Below, in pieces: positions 18,418-26,927 of a DNA stretch of 64,000 nt. A model generated the notes under the pieces. It was not told the origin of the DNA and ran no database searches. It saw only the letters and a program-made list of their open reading frames with translations. The DNA comes from an uncultured Planctomycetales bacterium (GTDB lineage: Bacteria; Planctomycetota; MHYJ01; JACPRB01). Numbering within the stretch: the first letter of the stretch is position 1; every line of letters begins with the position of its first letter. The stretch lies in contig CAZGKV010000002.1 in assembly GCA_964526305.1 (NCBI GenBank), positions 9,599 to 73,598 of the forward strand, read 5' to 3'. A program made the position numbers and the translations under genes.

Positions 18418-20415
18418 ATGCCCCTGAGCCTGGTTCTCCTGGCCGCCGGGGCGATGGCGTTCAGCGGCATCCCCGGGCTCCTCTTCCACTGGCGCTCAAG
18501 AATCGGCCAGTGGATTGCAATGGTCTTCGCAGTCGGCGCGGCCGGGGCCGGGCTCATGGGAGCGTTCGGAGGGATCTTCCAGGCTGAGGCGAGTCTCCGC
18601 GTGCCGTGGCCACTCCCTGGCGCAGAACTGAACGTCCGACTCGATGCCTTGAGCGGTTTTTTCCTCGTCCCCATCTTCCTCATCGGAGGCCTGGGCTCAA
18701 TCTATAGCTTGGGGTATTGGAGCCAACAGGATCGGCCTCGGACCGGCAGGCAGGTGCGGTTCTTCTACGGAGTCCTCGTCGCGGGGATGGCGGTCCTCGT
18801 CGTTGCGAAGAACGGCATTCTCTTCCTCTTCGGTTGGGAGGCAATGGCGCTTGCCTCCTTCTTCCTCATTACCGCCGAATCCCACGATCCCGAGGTGCGC
18901 AAAGCGGGATGGCTCTACTTGATGCTGACCCATGTCGGGACGCTTACTCTCTTCGCGGTGTTCGCGCTGCTGCGGAAGGCGACTGGGTCCTTCCTGCTGA
19001 GACCACTCGGGGTCGAAGAGGCCGGACTCGGGACGTTGATGCTCCTGTTCCTCCTCATGCTCATTGGATTCGGCATGAAGGCGGGCTTGATGCCTCTCCA
19101 TGTCTGGCTTCCGAGCGCGCACGCCAGCGCCCCGAGCCACGTTTCCGCCCTCATGTCCGGGGTGGTGATCAAGATGGGCATCTACGGATTGGTTCGATTC
19201 CTGGGGATGATGCCGCAGCCGCCCGTGAGCTGGGGGGCGATCCTCCTGCTCCTGGGGACGATCAGTGGAGTCGTCGGCGTCTTGTTCGCGATCGGACAGC
19301 ACGACCTCAAGCGTCTCTTGGCCTATCACAGCGTCGAGAATGTCGGCATCATCGTCATGGGGTTGGGTGTCGCGATGCTCGGTCGGTCGTTGGGACGACC
19401 GGATTGGGTAATCCTGGGGTTGGCCGGTTGTCTCCTCCATGTTTGGAACCATGGGTTGTTCAAGGCCCTCCTCTTCCTGGGGGCGGGCTCGGTCATTCAC
19501 GCAGTTCATACTCGTGAAATCGATCGGATGGGCGGCTTGGCCAAGTCGATGCCTCGAACCGCACTCCTGTTCTTGATCGGAGCGGTTGCGATTTGCGGGT
19601 TACCTCCCCTCAACGGGTTCGTGAGCGAACTGCTCGTGTACATGGGATTGTTCCGAACGCTGGGCATCGGCGCGGGGCCGTCCTGGGTCCAGGCGGCGCC
19701 GGCCGCTCCCGCATTGGCTCTGATCGGCGCTCTGGCCGTGGCGTGTTTCGTCAAGGTCTTCGGTGCGGTTTTCCTCGGGAGCGCTCGAAGCCACGATGCG
19801 GAGGGCGCCCGCGAGTCTTCCTGGCCTATGGTCGGAGCCATGGGTGTTCTGGCCGTCTGCTGCGTCGCCATCGGGGTGGCGCCCGTCCTCGTGGGGCCTG
19901 TCCTCGACCGAGCCGCTGCGGCATGGACGAATCAGCCGTTACCCGGCGTCGGCTCGCTCGCCCCGTTCCGGCCGCTGACCTTTCTCGGCGTTGGACTCCT
20001 CGGAGCCATCGCGGCGGGGTGGGCGCTTCTCTCTCGTGTCCGCACTTCGGGCGGAGTGGGAACCTGGGATTGCGGATATGCGGCACCGACCGCGAGGATC
20101 CAATACACGTCCTCCTCCTTCGCCGACACGTTGGTGGGCCTGTTCCGCTGGGTGCTGCGTCCGCGCGTCCATCGTCCTCATCTCGAGGGAATCTTCCCCG
20201 GGGGCACCCGATTCGCGAGTCGCGTGGACGACACGGTTCTCGACGGCCTACTGGCGCCGGCGGCGCGCGCGGCCGAGAAGGCCGTCGGGCGTGTGAAGGT
20301 ATTCCAACAGGGGAGTTCGCAGCGATACATCCTGTACGTTCTCGTCGCGCTCGTTGGGCTGCTGCTTTGGTCTTTCCCGCTGGAGCGCCTGTTCCTCAAG
20401 CTTTTTTCGAGGTGA
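18418..20415 (+). CDS. NuoL/MrpA/HyfB-like antiporter-type membrane subunit of hydrogenase-4/Ehr-like complex
   Basis: 665 aa, about 16 TM helices. WLPSAHASAPSHVSALMSGVVIK and HSVENVGIIV motifs typical of NuoL/HyfB proton-translocating subunits. Confidence 0.85.
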   Translation: MPLSLVLLAAGAMAFSGIPGLLFHWRSRIGQWIAMVFAVGAAGAGLMGAFGGIFQAEASLRVPWPLPGAELNVRLDALSGFFLVPIFLIGGLGSIYSLGYWSQQDRPRTGRQVRFFYGVLVAGMAVLVVAKNGILFLFGWEAMALASFFLITAESHDPEVRKAGWLYLMLTHVGTLTLFAVFALLRKATGSFLLRPLGVEEAGLGTLMLLFLLMLIGFGMKAGLMPLHVWLPSAHASAPSHVSALMSGVVIKMGIYGLVRFLGMMPQPPVSWGAILLLLGTISGVVGVLFAIGQHDLKRLLAYHSVENVGIIVMGLGVAMLGRSLGRPDWVILGLAGCLLHVWNHGLFKALLFLGAGSVIHAVHTREIDRMGGLAKSMPRTALLFLIGAVAICGLPPLNGFVSELLVYMGLFRTLGIGAGPSWVQAAPAAPALALIGALAVACFVKVFGAVFLGSARSHDAEGARESSWPMVGAMGVLAVCCVAIGVAPVLVGPVLDRAAAAWTNQPLPGVGSLAPFRPLTFLGVGLLGAIAAGWALLSRVRTSGGVGTWDCGYAAPTARIQYTSSSFADTLVGLFRWVLRPRVHRPHLEGIFPGGTRFASRVDDTVLDGLLAPAARAAEKAVGRVKVFQQGSSQRYILYVLVALVGLLLWSFPLERLFLKLFSR

Positions 20416-20419
20416 GAGG

Positions 20420-21328
20420 GTGGTCGAGAGGATCGTTCACGTCGTCTTGTTCTTGACGATGCCTCCGCTCTTGCTCGGAGTCATCCACAAGACGAAAGCT
20501 CTCTTCGCCGGTCGGGTCGGGCCTCCCGTTCTTCAGCCGTACTTCGATCTCATCAAGTTGATGCGGAAGGGCATGGTGTTGAGCTCGACCACCACCTGGA
20601 TCTTCCGCGCGAGCCCGGTGGTCACGGTGGCGACCGTCCTCCTGGCGGGCCTCCTGATTCCACTCGGTCGATTCGACGCTCCGATCGTATTCGCCGGGGA
20701 TCTGATTCTCTTCGCGTACCTGTTCGCCCTCGCCCGATTCTTCACCACCGCGGCGGCGCTGGACACCGGATCTCCCTTCGAGGGGATGGGAGCGGCGCGG
20801 GAAGTCACCTTCGCCTGCTTCTCGGAACCCGCGCTCTTCTTCGCGCTTCTTTCGCTCGCCAGACTCAGCGGCTCGGTGAGTCTCACGGCCATGCTCCACT
20901 CGGCGCAGTTCGGCGGCGCAGGGCTCTCGAGCGCGGCCCTCCTTCTCGTCGCCGTCGGGCTCTTCCTCTTCCTTCTCTCCGAGAATTGTCGGATACCGGT
21001 GGACGATCCGAACACGCACCTCGAGCTCACGATGATCCACGAGGTCATGGTGCTCGATCACGGCGGGCCCTTGTTCGGGATGATCCTCTACGGGGCGTCG
21101 CTGAAGCTCTTCGTGCTGAGCGCGCTCTTTGTCCACGTGGTGGCCCCCATTCGGACGACTCGTCCTTGGCTCGACACGGGGATCTTCGTCGCCCTCATGA
21201 TCGGCGTGGCCGTGCTGGTGGGAGTCGTCGAGTCGGTGATGGCCCGTCTCCGGATGCGGCACGTGCCGACGCTCCTCATCGCGTCGTGCCTTCTGTGCGG
21301 CTTCGGATTTCTCCTCCTGGTGAGATGA
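20420..21328 (+). CDS. NuoH/HycD/HyfC-like membrane subunit
   Basis: GTG start 5 nt after the previous stop. Multi-TM protein with the NuoH-family region (DPNTHLELTMIHEVMVLDHGGPLFG). Confidence 0.8.
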   Translation: MVERIVHVVLFLTMPPLLLGVIHKTKALFAGRVGPPVLQPYFDLIKLMRKGMVLSSTTTWIFRASPVVTVATVLLAGLLIPLGRFDAPIVFAGDLILFAYLFALARFFTTAAALDTGSPFEGMGAAREVTFACFSEPALFFALLSLARLSGSVSLTAMLHSAQFGGAGLSSAALLLVAVGLFLFLLSENCRIPVDDPNTHLELTMIHEVMVLDHGGPLFGMILYGASLKLFVLSALFVHVVAPIRTTRPWLDTGIFVALMIGVAVLVGVVESVMARLRMRHVPTLLIASCLLCGFGFLLLVR

Positions 21329-21329
21329 C

Positions 21330-21974
21330 ATGCTGACGACGGCGGCCGACGCGATCCTCATCGTGGTTCTCCTGATGAATCTCTTCATGCTGGGGACGAG
21401 TCGGATCAACTCGGTGATCCGGATCGTCGCGGCCCAGGGGGTGGCGCTCGGGGTGATGGCCCTGATCCAGCACGGGGAATTGGGATTGCGGACCGTCCTC
21501 CTCGCCGGTGCGACGATCGCCGTCAAGGGGGCCGTCATTCCCTGGATGCTGACCCGCGCGATGCGTCAGGTGCAGATCAAAAGGGAGGTGGAGCCGCTCG
21601 TCGGCTTGGTACCTTCGATGCTCTTGGGGGCCGCCGGAACGGGTCTGGCCGTGCTCTTCGCGGCGCAGCTTCCCATCGTTCGGGGACACGGCTCGTCGCT
21701 GATCGTGCCCGCTTCGCTCGCAACCGTATTGACCGGATTCGTTCTTCTGACCACGCGGATCAAGGCCATCAGCCAGGTCCTGGGATACCTCGCGCTCGAG
21801 AACGGAATCTTCACCTTCGGTCTCCTGCTCCTCGAGGCGATGCCGTTCTTGGTGGAGATCGGGGCGTTGCTGGATCTCTTCGTGGGCGTCTTCGTGATCA
21901 GCATCATCATCCACCACATCAATCGGGAGTTTGCGACCTTGGATACGCGGAAGCTCTCCACGCTCAAGGACTGA
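21330..21974 (+). CDS. HyfE-like (hydrogenase-4 component E) small membrane subunit
   Basis: 214 aa with 6-7 TM helices, directly abutting the previous gene. Size, hydropathy and position match HyfE of hyf operons. Confidence 0.7.
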   Translation: MLTTAADAILIVVLLMNLFMLGTSRINSVIRIVAAQGVALGVMALIQHGELGLRTVLLAGATIAVKGAVIPWMLTRAMRQVQIKREVEPLVGLVPSMLLGAAGTGLAVLFAAQLPIVRGHGSSLIVPASLATVLTGFVLLTTRIKAISQVLGYLALENGIFTFGLLLLEAMPFLVEIGALLDLFVGVFVISIIIHHINREFATLDTRKLSTLKD

Positions 21975-21978
21975 CGCC

Positions 21979-23412
21979 ATGGCTCTCGCGATGGTTCTCG
22001 CCCCGATGGCGCTGGCGCTCGTCGCCTGGGCCGTTCCCAGCGACCGCCTTCGAGTCTGGGCGCTTCCGCTCGGAGGCGTCGCCCAGATTGCGGCCACGGG
22101 GATCAGTTTGTGGCGTCCCGGCCTTCCCACCGGCGGAAGTTGGCTCGTCCTCGACGCCCCCGGCCGCGTCGTTCTCGTCACGATCAGCGCGCTCTTCTTC
22201 TTGTGCAGCCTGTACGGGGTCGGCTACTTGCGCTACCGGACCGAGAGGCCCAACCGCGTGTTCTGCAGCTGCCTCCTGCTCCTGCTGGGGATCATGAATC
22301 TGGTCGTCTGGTCCCATCATTTGGGGTTGATGTGGGTGGGGATCGAGGCGACGGCCCTGGCTACGGCGCCGCTCCTCTATTTCAATCGGACCCCGCAATC
22401 CATCGAGGCGACGTGGAAGTATCTCCTCGTCGGCTCGGTCGGAATCGCCCTGGCCCTCTTCGGTTCCTACTTCCTGGCGTATTCCTCGCTGCACGCCGGC
22501 CATGCGTCGTCCCTCATGTTCGACGATCTCCTTCGAATCGCTCCGCATCTCTCCAAGCCGTGGCTGCACGTCGCGTTCGTTCTGCTCCTGGTGGGATACG
22601 GGACGAAGATGGGAATCGCGCCGCTCCACACCTGGAAACCCGACGCGTACGGCGAGGCTCCGGGACTCGTGGGCGCGATCTTGGCCGGAGGGGTCACGAA
22701 CTGCGCGTTCCTCTCGCTCCTGCGCGTCTATCGCATCTGCGTCGCGGCGGGGGAGGGACCGTTCGCGGGGCGCATGATGATCTTCCTGGGACTCCTCTCG
22801 ATGGCGGTGGCGGGCGCGTTCATGATCGGGCAACGCGATCTGAAGCGGATGCTCGCCTACTCGAGCGTCGAGCACATGGGGATCCTCACCTTGGGCGTCG
22901 GGATCGGCGGCGGGGCTCTCTTCGGTGCGATGCTCCATCTCGTCAACAACGGAATGACGAAGGGGATCACGTTTCTGGCCGCGGCGAACATCCATCGGGC
23001 CTTCGGGAGTAAGGCCACCGGAGCCGTAGCCGGAGCCATGCGGCGCCTCCCCGTTTCGGGGACCCTCTTCCTGGCCGGATTCCTTGCGATCACCGGGTCG
23101 CCTCCTTTCGGACCGTTCGTGAGCCAGTTCGCGATCTTCAATGGAGCCGTCGCCGGCGGACGCGCCTGGATCGCGTTTCTCTTTCTGGCCTTCCTCGCCG
23201 TGGTGTTCCTGGGGATGGGAACGACGGTGCTGCGGGCGGTGCAGGGACGGCCCTCCGCAGCGGCCATGGCATCGCCATACCGGGATGGAGTCCTCACCAC
23301 GGTTCCCCTGCTCGTTTTCCTCGGGGTCGTTCTGATGTTGGGGGTGTACATTCCCGAACCGTTGCGGCGAATGCTGACGGAGGCGGTGGCCTTCGTGGAG
23401 GGCCGGCCATGA
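21979..23412 (+). CDS. NuoN/NuoM/HyfF-like antiporter-type membrane subunit
   Basis: ATG 21979 starts 5 nt after HyfE stop. WKYLLVGSVGIALALFG, PLHTWKPDAYGEAP, YSSVEHMGILTLGVG: NuoN/HyfF motifs. Confidence 0.85.
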   Translation: MALAMVLAPMALALVAWAVPSDRLRVWALPLGGVAQIAATGISLWRPGLPTGGSWLVLDAPGRVVLVTISALFFLCSLYGVGYLRYRTERPNRVFCSCLLLLLGIMNLVVWSHHLGLMWVGIEATALATAPLLYFNRTPQSIEATWKYLLVGSVGIALALFGSYFLAYSSLHAGHASSLMFDDLLRIAPHLSKPWLHVAFVLLLVGYGTKMGIAPLHTWKPDAYGEAPGLVGAILAGGVTNCAFLSLLRVYRICVAAGEGPFAGRMMIFLGLLSMAVAGAFMIGQRDLKRMLAYSSVEHMGILTLGVGIGGGALFGAMLHLVNNGMTKGITFLAAANIHRAFGSKATGAVAGAMRRLPVSGTLFLAGFLAITGSPPFGPFVSQFAIFNGAVAGGRAWIAFLFLAFLAVVFLGMGTTVLRAVQGRPSAAAMASPYRDGVLTTVPLLVFLGVVLMLGVYIPEPLRRMLTEAVAFVEGRP

Positions 23413-24908
23413 ATCGGTTTCGGCCGATGTTCCCCGGCAAGGCCGTGGAATTGGACGAGGTGCCTCGACTGGGCCTCGCCGAATTTCAGCAGTCGATCGT
23501 CGAGGGGGTGAGCGCGGGGGCGAGGATCTCGGCGCTGTTCGGCGCGGGTTCCCAGGTCGTCACCCTCTACGGCGTCCTGGCGGACGATCCGGAGAGCCGA
23601 CTCCTGGTGGCAAGGAGCGAGGTGGAGGGAGATTCGTTCGAATCCATTACGCCTCGATGCCCCCAAGCGCATCTTTTCGAGCGGGAGATTGCGGAACAAT
23701 TCGGACTGATGCCCCGAGGCCATCCCTGGCTGAAGCCCGTTCGGTTTCATCCTTCCTACCGGCCGGGACACGCCGTCTGGCCGGATCCGACGATCGGCGT
23801 CACCGACTTTTACCGGGTCGAAGGCGAGGAGATCCACGAGGTGGGAGTCGGCCCCGTCCACGCGGGAGTGATCGAGCCGGGGCACTTTCGGTTCCAATGT
23901 CACGGCGAGGAAGTCTTCCACCTGGAGATTTCCCTGGGATACCAGCACCGGGGAGTGGAGCCGGCCCTGGTGGGGGGACCGAACCGCAGAACGATCCACC
24001 TCATGGAAACGACGGCGGGCGACACCACCGTGGGGCACGCGACGGCCTACTGCGAGGTCATGGAAGCCCTGACCCGCTGCCAGAAATCGGCCCGCGCGCA
24101 GGTCCTGAGGGGGATCGCCCTCGAGCTGGAGCGGCTGGCGAATCACGTGGGGGATCTGGGGGCGTTGGCGAACGACGTCGGGTTTCTCCCGACGGCCTCC
24201 TACTGCGGTCGCATTCGGGGCGACTTCCTCAACATGACCGCACTTCTGTGCGGGAGCCGCTTCGGACGGGGATTCCTTCGGCCGGGCGGCGTAGGGTTCG
24301 ACGTGGACGATGTGCGAGTCGGGACGCTCCTGGAGCGGCTGGCCGCGGCGCAGAAGGACACGAGGGTGGCGGTCGATCTGTTGTGGGCGAGCCCCTCGGT
24401 GATGGCACGGTTCGAGGAGACCGGTGCCATACCAAAAGAGGTATGTACACAGTTGGGACTCGTCGGGCCCGCCGCACGGGCGTGCGGCGTCGAATTGGAC
24501 GTGCGTCGCGATCAGCCGTCGGGAATCTACCGGTTCAGTCACATCCCGGTTGCGAGTTGGCCGAGCGGAGATGTGTTCGCGCGGGCGTACGTGCGGTGGC
24601 TCGAGATCGAGCGATCGATCCTCTTCATCCGGGAGCAGCTCAAGGCGCTGCCGTCAGGATCGGTGGGGGTGGATGCCGGGAGTCCGCAGCCCGACCGCAT
24701 CGCGGTCTCGTTGGTGGAGGGATGGCGGGGGGAAATCTGCCATGTTGCGCTGACCGATGCGGAGGGCCGGTTCTTGCGGTACAAGATCGTCGATCCCTCC
24801 TTCCACAACTGGACCGGCCTGGCGTACGCGCTACGAAATCAACAGATCTCCGATTTTCCGCTGTGCAACAAGAGCTTTAATCTCTCGTACTGCGGGCACG
24901 ACCTATGA
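23409..24908 (+). CDS. [NiFe]-hydrogenase large-subunit homolog (fused NuoC-NuoD/HycE-like) that apparently lacks the N-terminal Ni-binding CxxC
   Basis: ATGA overlap. GPVHAGVIEPGHFRF...HRG...TVGHATAY aligns to the HycE GPLHVTSDEPGHFRL...RVCGICGFAHSTAY region (HycE recalled from memory), but with AGDTTVG in place of CGICGFA. C-terminal ISDFPLC...SYCGHD retains one Cys of the DPCxxC L2 motif with aberrant spacing. Confidence 0.8.
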   Translation: MNRFRPMFPGKAVELDEVPRLGLAEFQQSIVEGVSAGARISALFGAGSQVVTLYGVLADDPESRLLVARSEVEGDSFESITPRCPQAHLFEREIAEQFGLMPRGHPWLKPVRFHPSYRPGHAVWPDPTIGVTDFYRVEGEEIHEVGVGPVHAGVIEPGHFRFQCHGEEVFHLEISLGYQHRGVEPALVGGPNRRTIHLMETTAGDTTVGHATAYCEVMEALTRCQKSARAQVLRGIALELERLANHVGDLGALANDVGFLPTASYCGRIRGDFLNMTALLCGSRFGRGFLRPGGVGFDVDDVRVGTLLERLAAAQKDTRVAVDLLWASPSVMARFEETGAIPKEVCTQLGLVGPAARACGVELDVRRDQPSGIYRFSHIPVASWPSGDVFARAYVRWLEIERSILFIREQLKALPSGSVGVDAGSPQPDRIAVSLVEGWRGEICHVALTDAEGRFLRYKIVDPSFHNWTGLAYALRNQQISDFPLCNKSFNLSYCGHDL

Positions 24909-25660
24909 TCGATGTCTTTCTCGCGCGGCTTCAGCAGAAGCACCGGACGATTCCGTTTCCCGGTCACGAGCCGACGCTTCCCGATCTGTTCCGAGGGAGG
25001 CCGGAGATCGACGGCTCGAAGTGTCCCGAGGGGTGTCGCGATTGTGTGGAGGCTTGTCCGACCGGCGCGGTGAAGCTGGAAGGAGGAGTCTCCGTGGATC
25101 TGGGGCGCTGCCTCTTCTGCGCGGAGTGTTCGCGGGCATGTCCGCAGGGGGCGATCACCCATACGCGGGATTATCGGATGGCGACCCGCGCACGCGAGGA
25201 CTTGGTCCTGTCTGGAAAGGCGATGGAGCTGGCGAAGGCCCTCGACGGGAAGATGCGATCGCTCTTCGGGCGATCCCTCAAGCTGCGTCAGGTCAGCGCC
25301 GCAGGTTGCAACGCCTGCGAGGCGGACGTCAACGTCCTGAACACCGTCGTCTTCGACCTCGGGCGATTCGGAATCCAGATCGTCGCTTCGCCACGCCATG
25401 CGGACGGCCTTCTCATCACGGGTCCGGTATCGCGGAACATGAAGCTCGCGCTCGAAAAAACTTACGCCGCGGTCCCGCCTCCCAAGCTCGTGATCGCGGT
25501 GGGGGCATGCGCGATCAGCGGCGGGCCCTTCGTCGATTCCCCCGAGGTCTGCAATGGAGCGGGCGGAATCGTGCCGGTGGATCTCTACATTCCGGGATGC
25601 CCTCCTCATCCGATCACCATTCTCGACGGACTCCTCCGGTTGTTGGGGCGCATCTCATGA
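24905..25660 (+). CDS. fusion of 2x[4Fe-4S] ferredoxin (NuoI/HycF-like) and NuoB/HycG-like hydrogenase small subunit
   Basis: ATGA overlap. CPEGCRDCVEACP and CLFCAECSRACP ferredoxin motifs. Then NuoB-type cluster ligands GCNACE, GACAISGGP, PGCPPHP. Confidence 0.8.
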   Translation: MIDVFLARLQQKHRTIPFPGHEPTLPDLFRGRPEIDGSKCPEGCRDCVEACPTGAVKLEGGVSVDLGRCLFCAECSRACPQGAITHTRDYRMATRAREDLVLSGKAMELAKALDGKMRSLFGRSLKLRQVSAAGCNACEADVNVLNTVVFDLGRFGIQIVASPRHADGLLITGPVSRNMKLALEKTYAAVPPPKLVIAVGACAISGGPFVDSPEVCNGAGGIVPVDLYIPGCPPHPITILDGLLRLLGRIS

Positions 25661-25705
25661 GTCGAGAACTGGCGCCGGTCGCGAGATTCTGGTAGCGTCC
25701 CGCCG

Positions 25706-26017
25706 ATGTGGCCGTGGATCATCCTGGCGGCCGTATGGGCTGCCGCGGGGTATCAGGCGTGGCACGCGTATCGCCAGGCGCGGATGGCGGAGCCCGCGAA
25801 TCCGCTCGCGGCGATCGCGGCGCGGGTGAAGGTGGGGCTCGGTTTCCTCTGGGCGATCCTCATGCTCTTGGCCGGAGCGATCGCGTCGTTGACGGTGGCC
25901 TCGGCCGAGAAGAATCGCGTCGCCTCCTGGGCGGCCGGGGGGACGATGGCGCTGGCGGTCTTGGGCGGGATGGGAGCGTGGAAGTGGTTCTGGAGGCGTC
26001 GACGAACGGCGTCGTGA
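25706..26017 (+). CDS. small membrane protein, hypothetical (3 TM)
   Basis: 103 aa hydrophobic ORF between the Ehr-like operon and the ion-channel gene. Stop 26017 lies 8 nt before the channel ATG. Confidence 0.4.
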   Translation: MWPWIILAAVWAAAGYQAWHAYRQARMAEPANPLAAIAARVKVGLGFLWAILMLLAGAIASLTVASAEKNRVASWAAGGTMALAVLGGMGAWKWFWRRRRTAS

Positions 26018-26025
26018 CACCGGGA

Positions 26026-26787
26026 ATGGAACTCAAGAACGTCGTAGAATCGAAGTGGTTCCGCACTACGGTGGCGCTGCTCATCGGCCTGAATGCGCTG
26101 GTGGTAGGGGCCGAGACGTATCCCCAAGTTACAAGCCGCTTCGGGAAATGGCTTGAGGCGACCGATCGCATCATTCTCGTCCTCTTCGCGGTGGAACTGG
26201 TGCTTCGGTTCATCGCCACGCCGCCTCGGTATCGGTTTTTCCTCAACGGATGGAATCTCTTCGACATCGTGATCGTGAGTGCCGGATTCGTGCCGGCAAC
26301 CGAATACCTCTCGGTCCTGCGGTTGCTGCGGATCATCCGAATCCTCCGCGCCGTGACGGTGATGCCCCATCTGCAGAAACTGGTCCTGGCGCTCTTGAGG
26401 AGTCTCCCTTCTCTGGGGCACATCGCCTTCCTACTCGGCCTTCTCTTCTTCGCGTTCGGGGCGACGGGTACCTATCTCTTCCGGGACGTGGATCCGAACA
26501 ACTTCGGCTCCCTTCACCGATCGATGCTGACGCTCTTCGGCGTCGTCACGCTGGAGGGATGGGTCAGCGTGATGGAGGGGCTGCTGAAGCACAAACCATG
26601 GGCGTGGCTGTACTTCGTCAGCTTCATCCTCCTCGGAACGTTCATCTCCATGAACCTGTTCGTCGGCGTCCTCGTGAACAACCTCCAATCCGCCGAGGCG
26701 GAAGACAAGGAGGCTCACGACAAGGCCGTACGCGATCGCCTGGCCCGGATCGAAGAGAAACTCGACGCCCTCCTCCCTCCCCGATGA
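26026..26787 (+). CDS. voltage-gated cation channel (NaChBac/NavAb-like single-domain ion transport protein)
   Basis: S4 voltage sensor with Arg every third residue (LSVLRLLRIIRILRAV). Pore/selectivity region FGVVTLEGWVSVM (TLESW-like). 6-TM architecture. ATG 26026 chosen rather than the upstream in-frame 25708. Confidence 0.8.
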   Translation: MELKNVVESKWFRTTVALLIGLNALVVGAETYPQVTSRFGKWLEATDRIILVLFAVELVLRFIATPPRYRFFLNGWNLFDIVIVSAGFVPATEYLSVLRLLRIIRILRAVTVMPHLQKLVLALLRSLPSLGHIAFLLGLLFFAFGATGTYLFRDVDPNNFGSLHRSMLTLFGVVTLEGWVSVMEGLLKHKPWAWLYFVSFILLGTFISMNLFVGVLVNNLQSAEAEDKEAHDKAVRDRLARIEEKLDALLPPR

Positions 26788-26852
26788 TATAGAAATAGCC
26801 AGGCTTCTTTTATATCATGATATAAAAGAAGCCTGGCTATTTCTATATCATC
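26783..26852. repeat. perfect 70-bp AT-rich palindrome (35-bp arms, no spacer)
   Basis: GATGATATAGAAATAGCCAGGCTTCTTTTATATCAT|GATATAAAAGAAGCCTGGCTATTTCTATATCATC is exactly self-reverse-complementary. It starts inside the channel stop codon (TGA 26785-26787). About 30% GC in a ~67% GC context. No T-tract follows. Confidence 0.9.
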
Positions 26853-26927
26853 GAGACAAAGGGGGGCGCCGACTCCATGCGGCCGGGTGTTGACGGCGAG
26901 GCCTCAACCCGCTATGAATCTCCCTTG

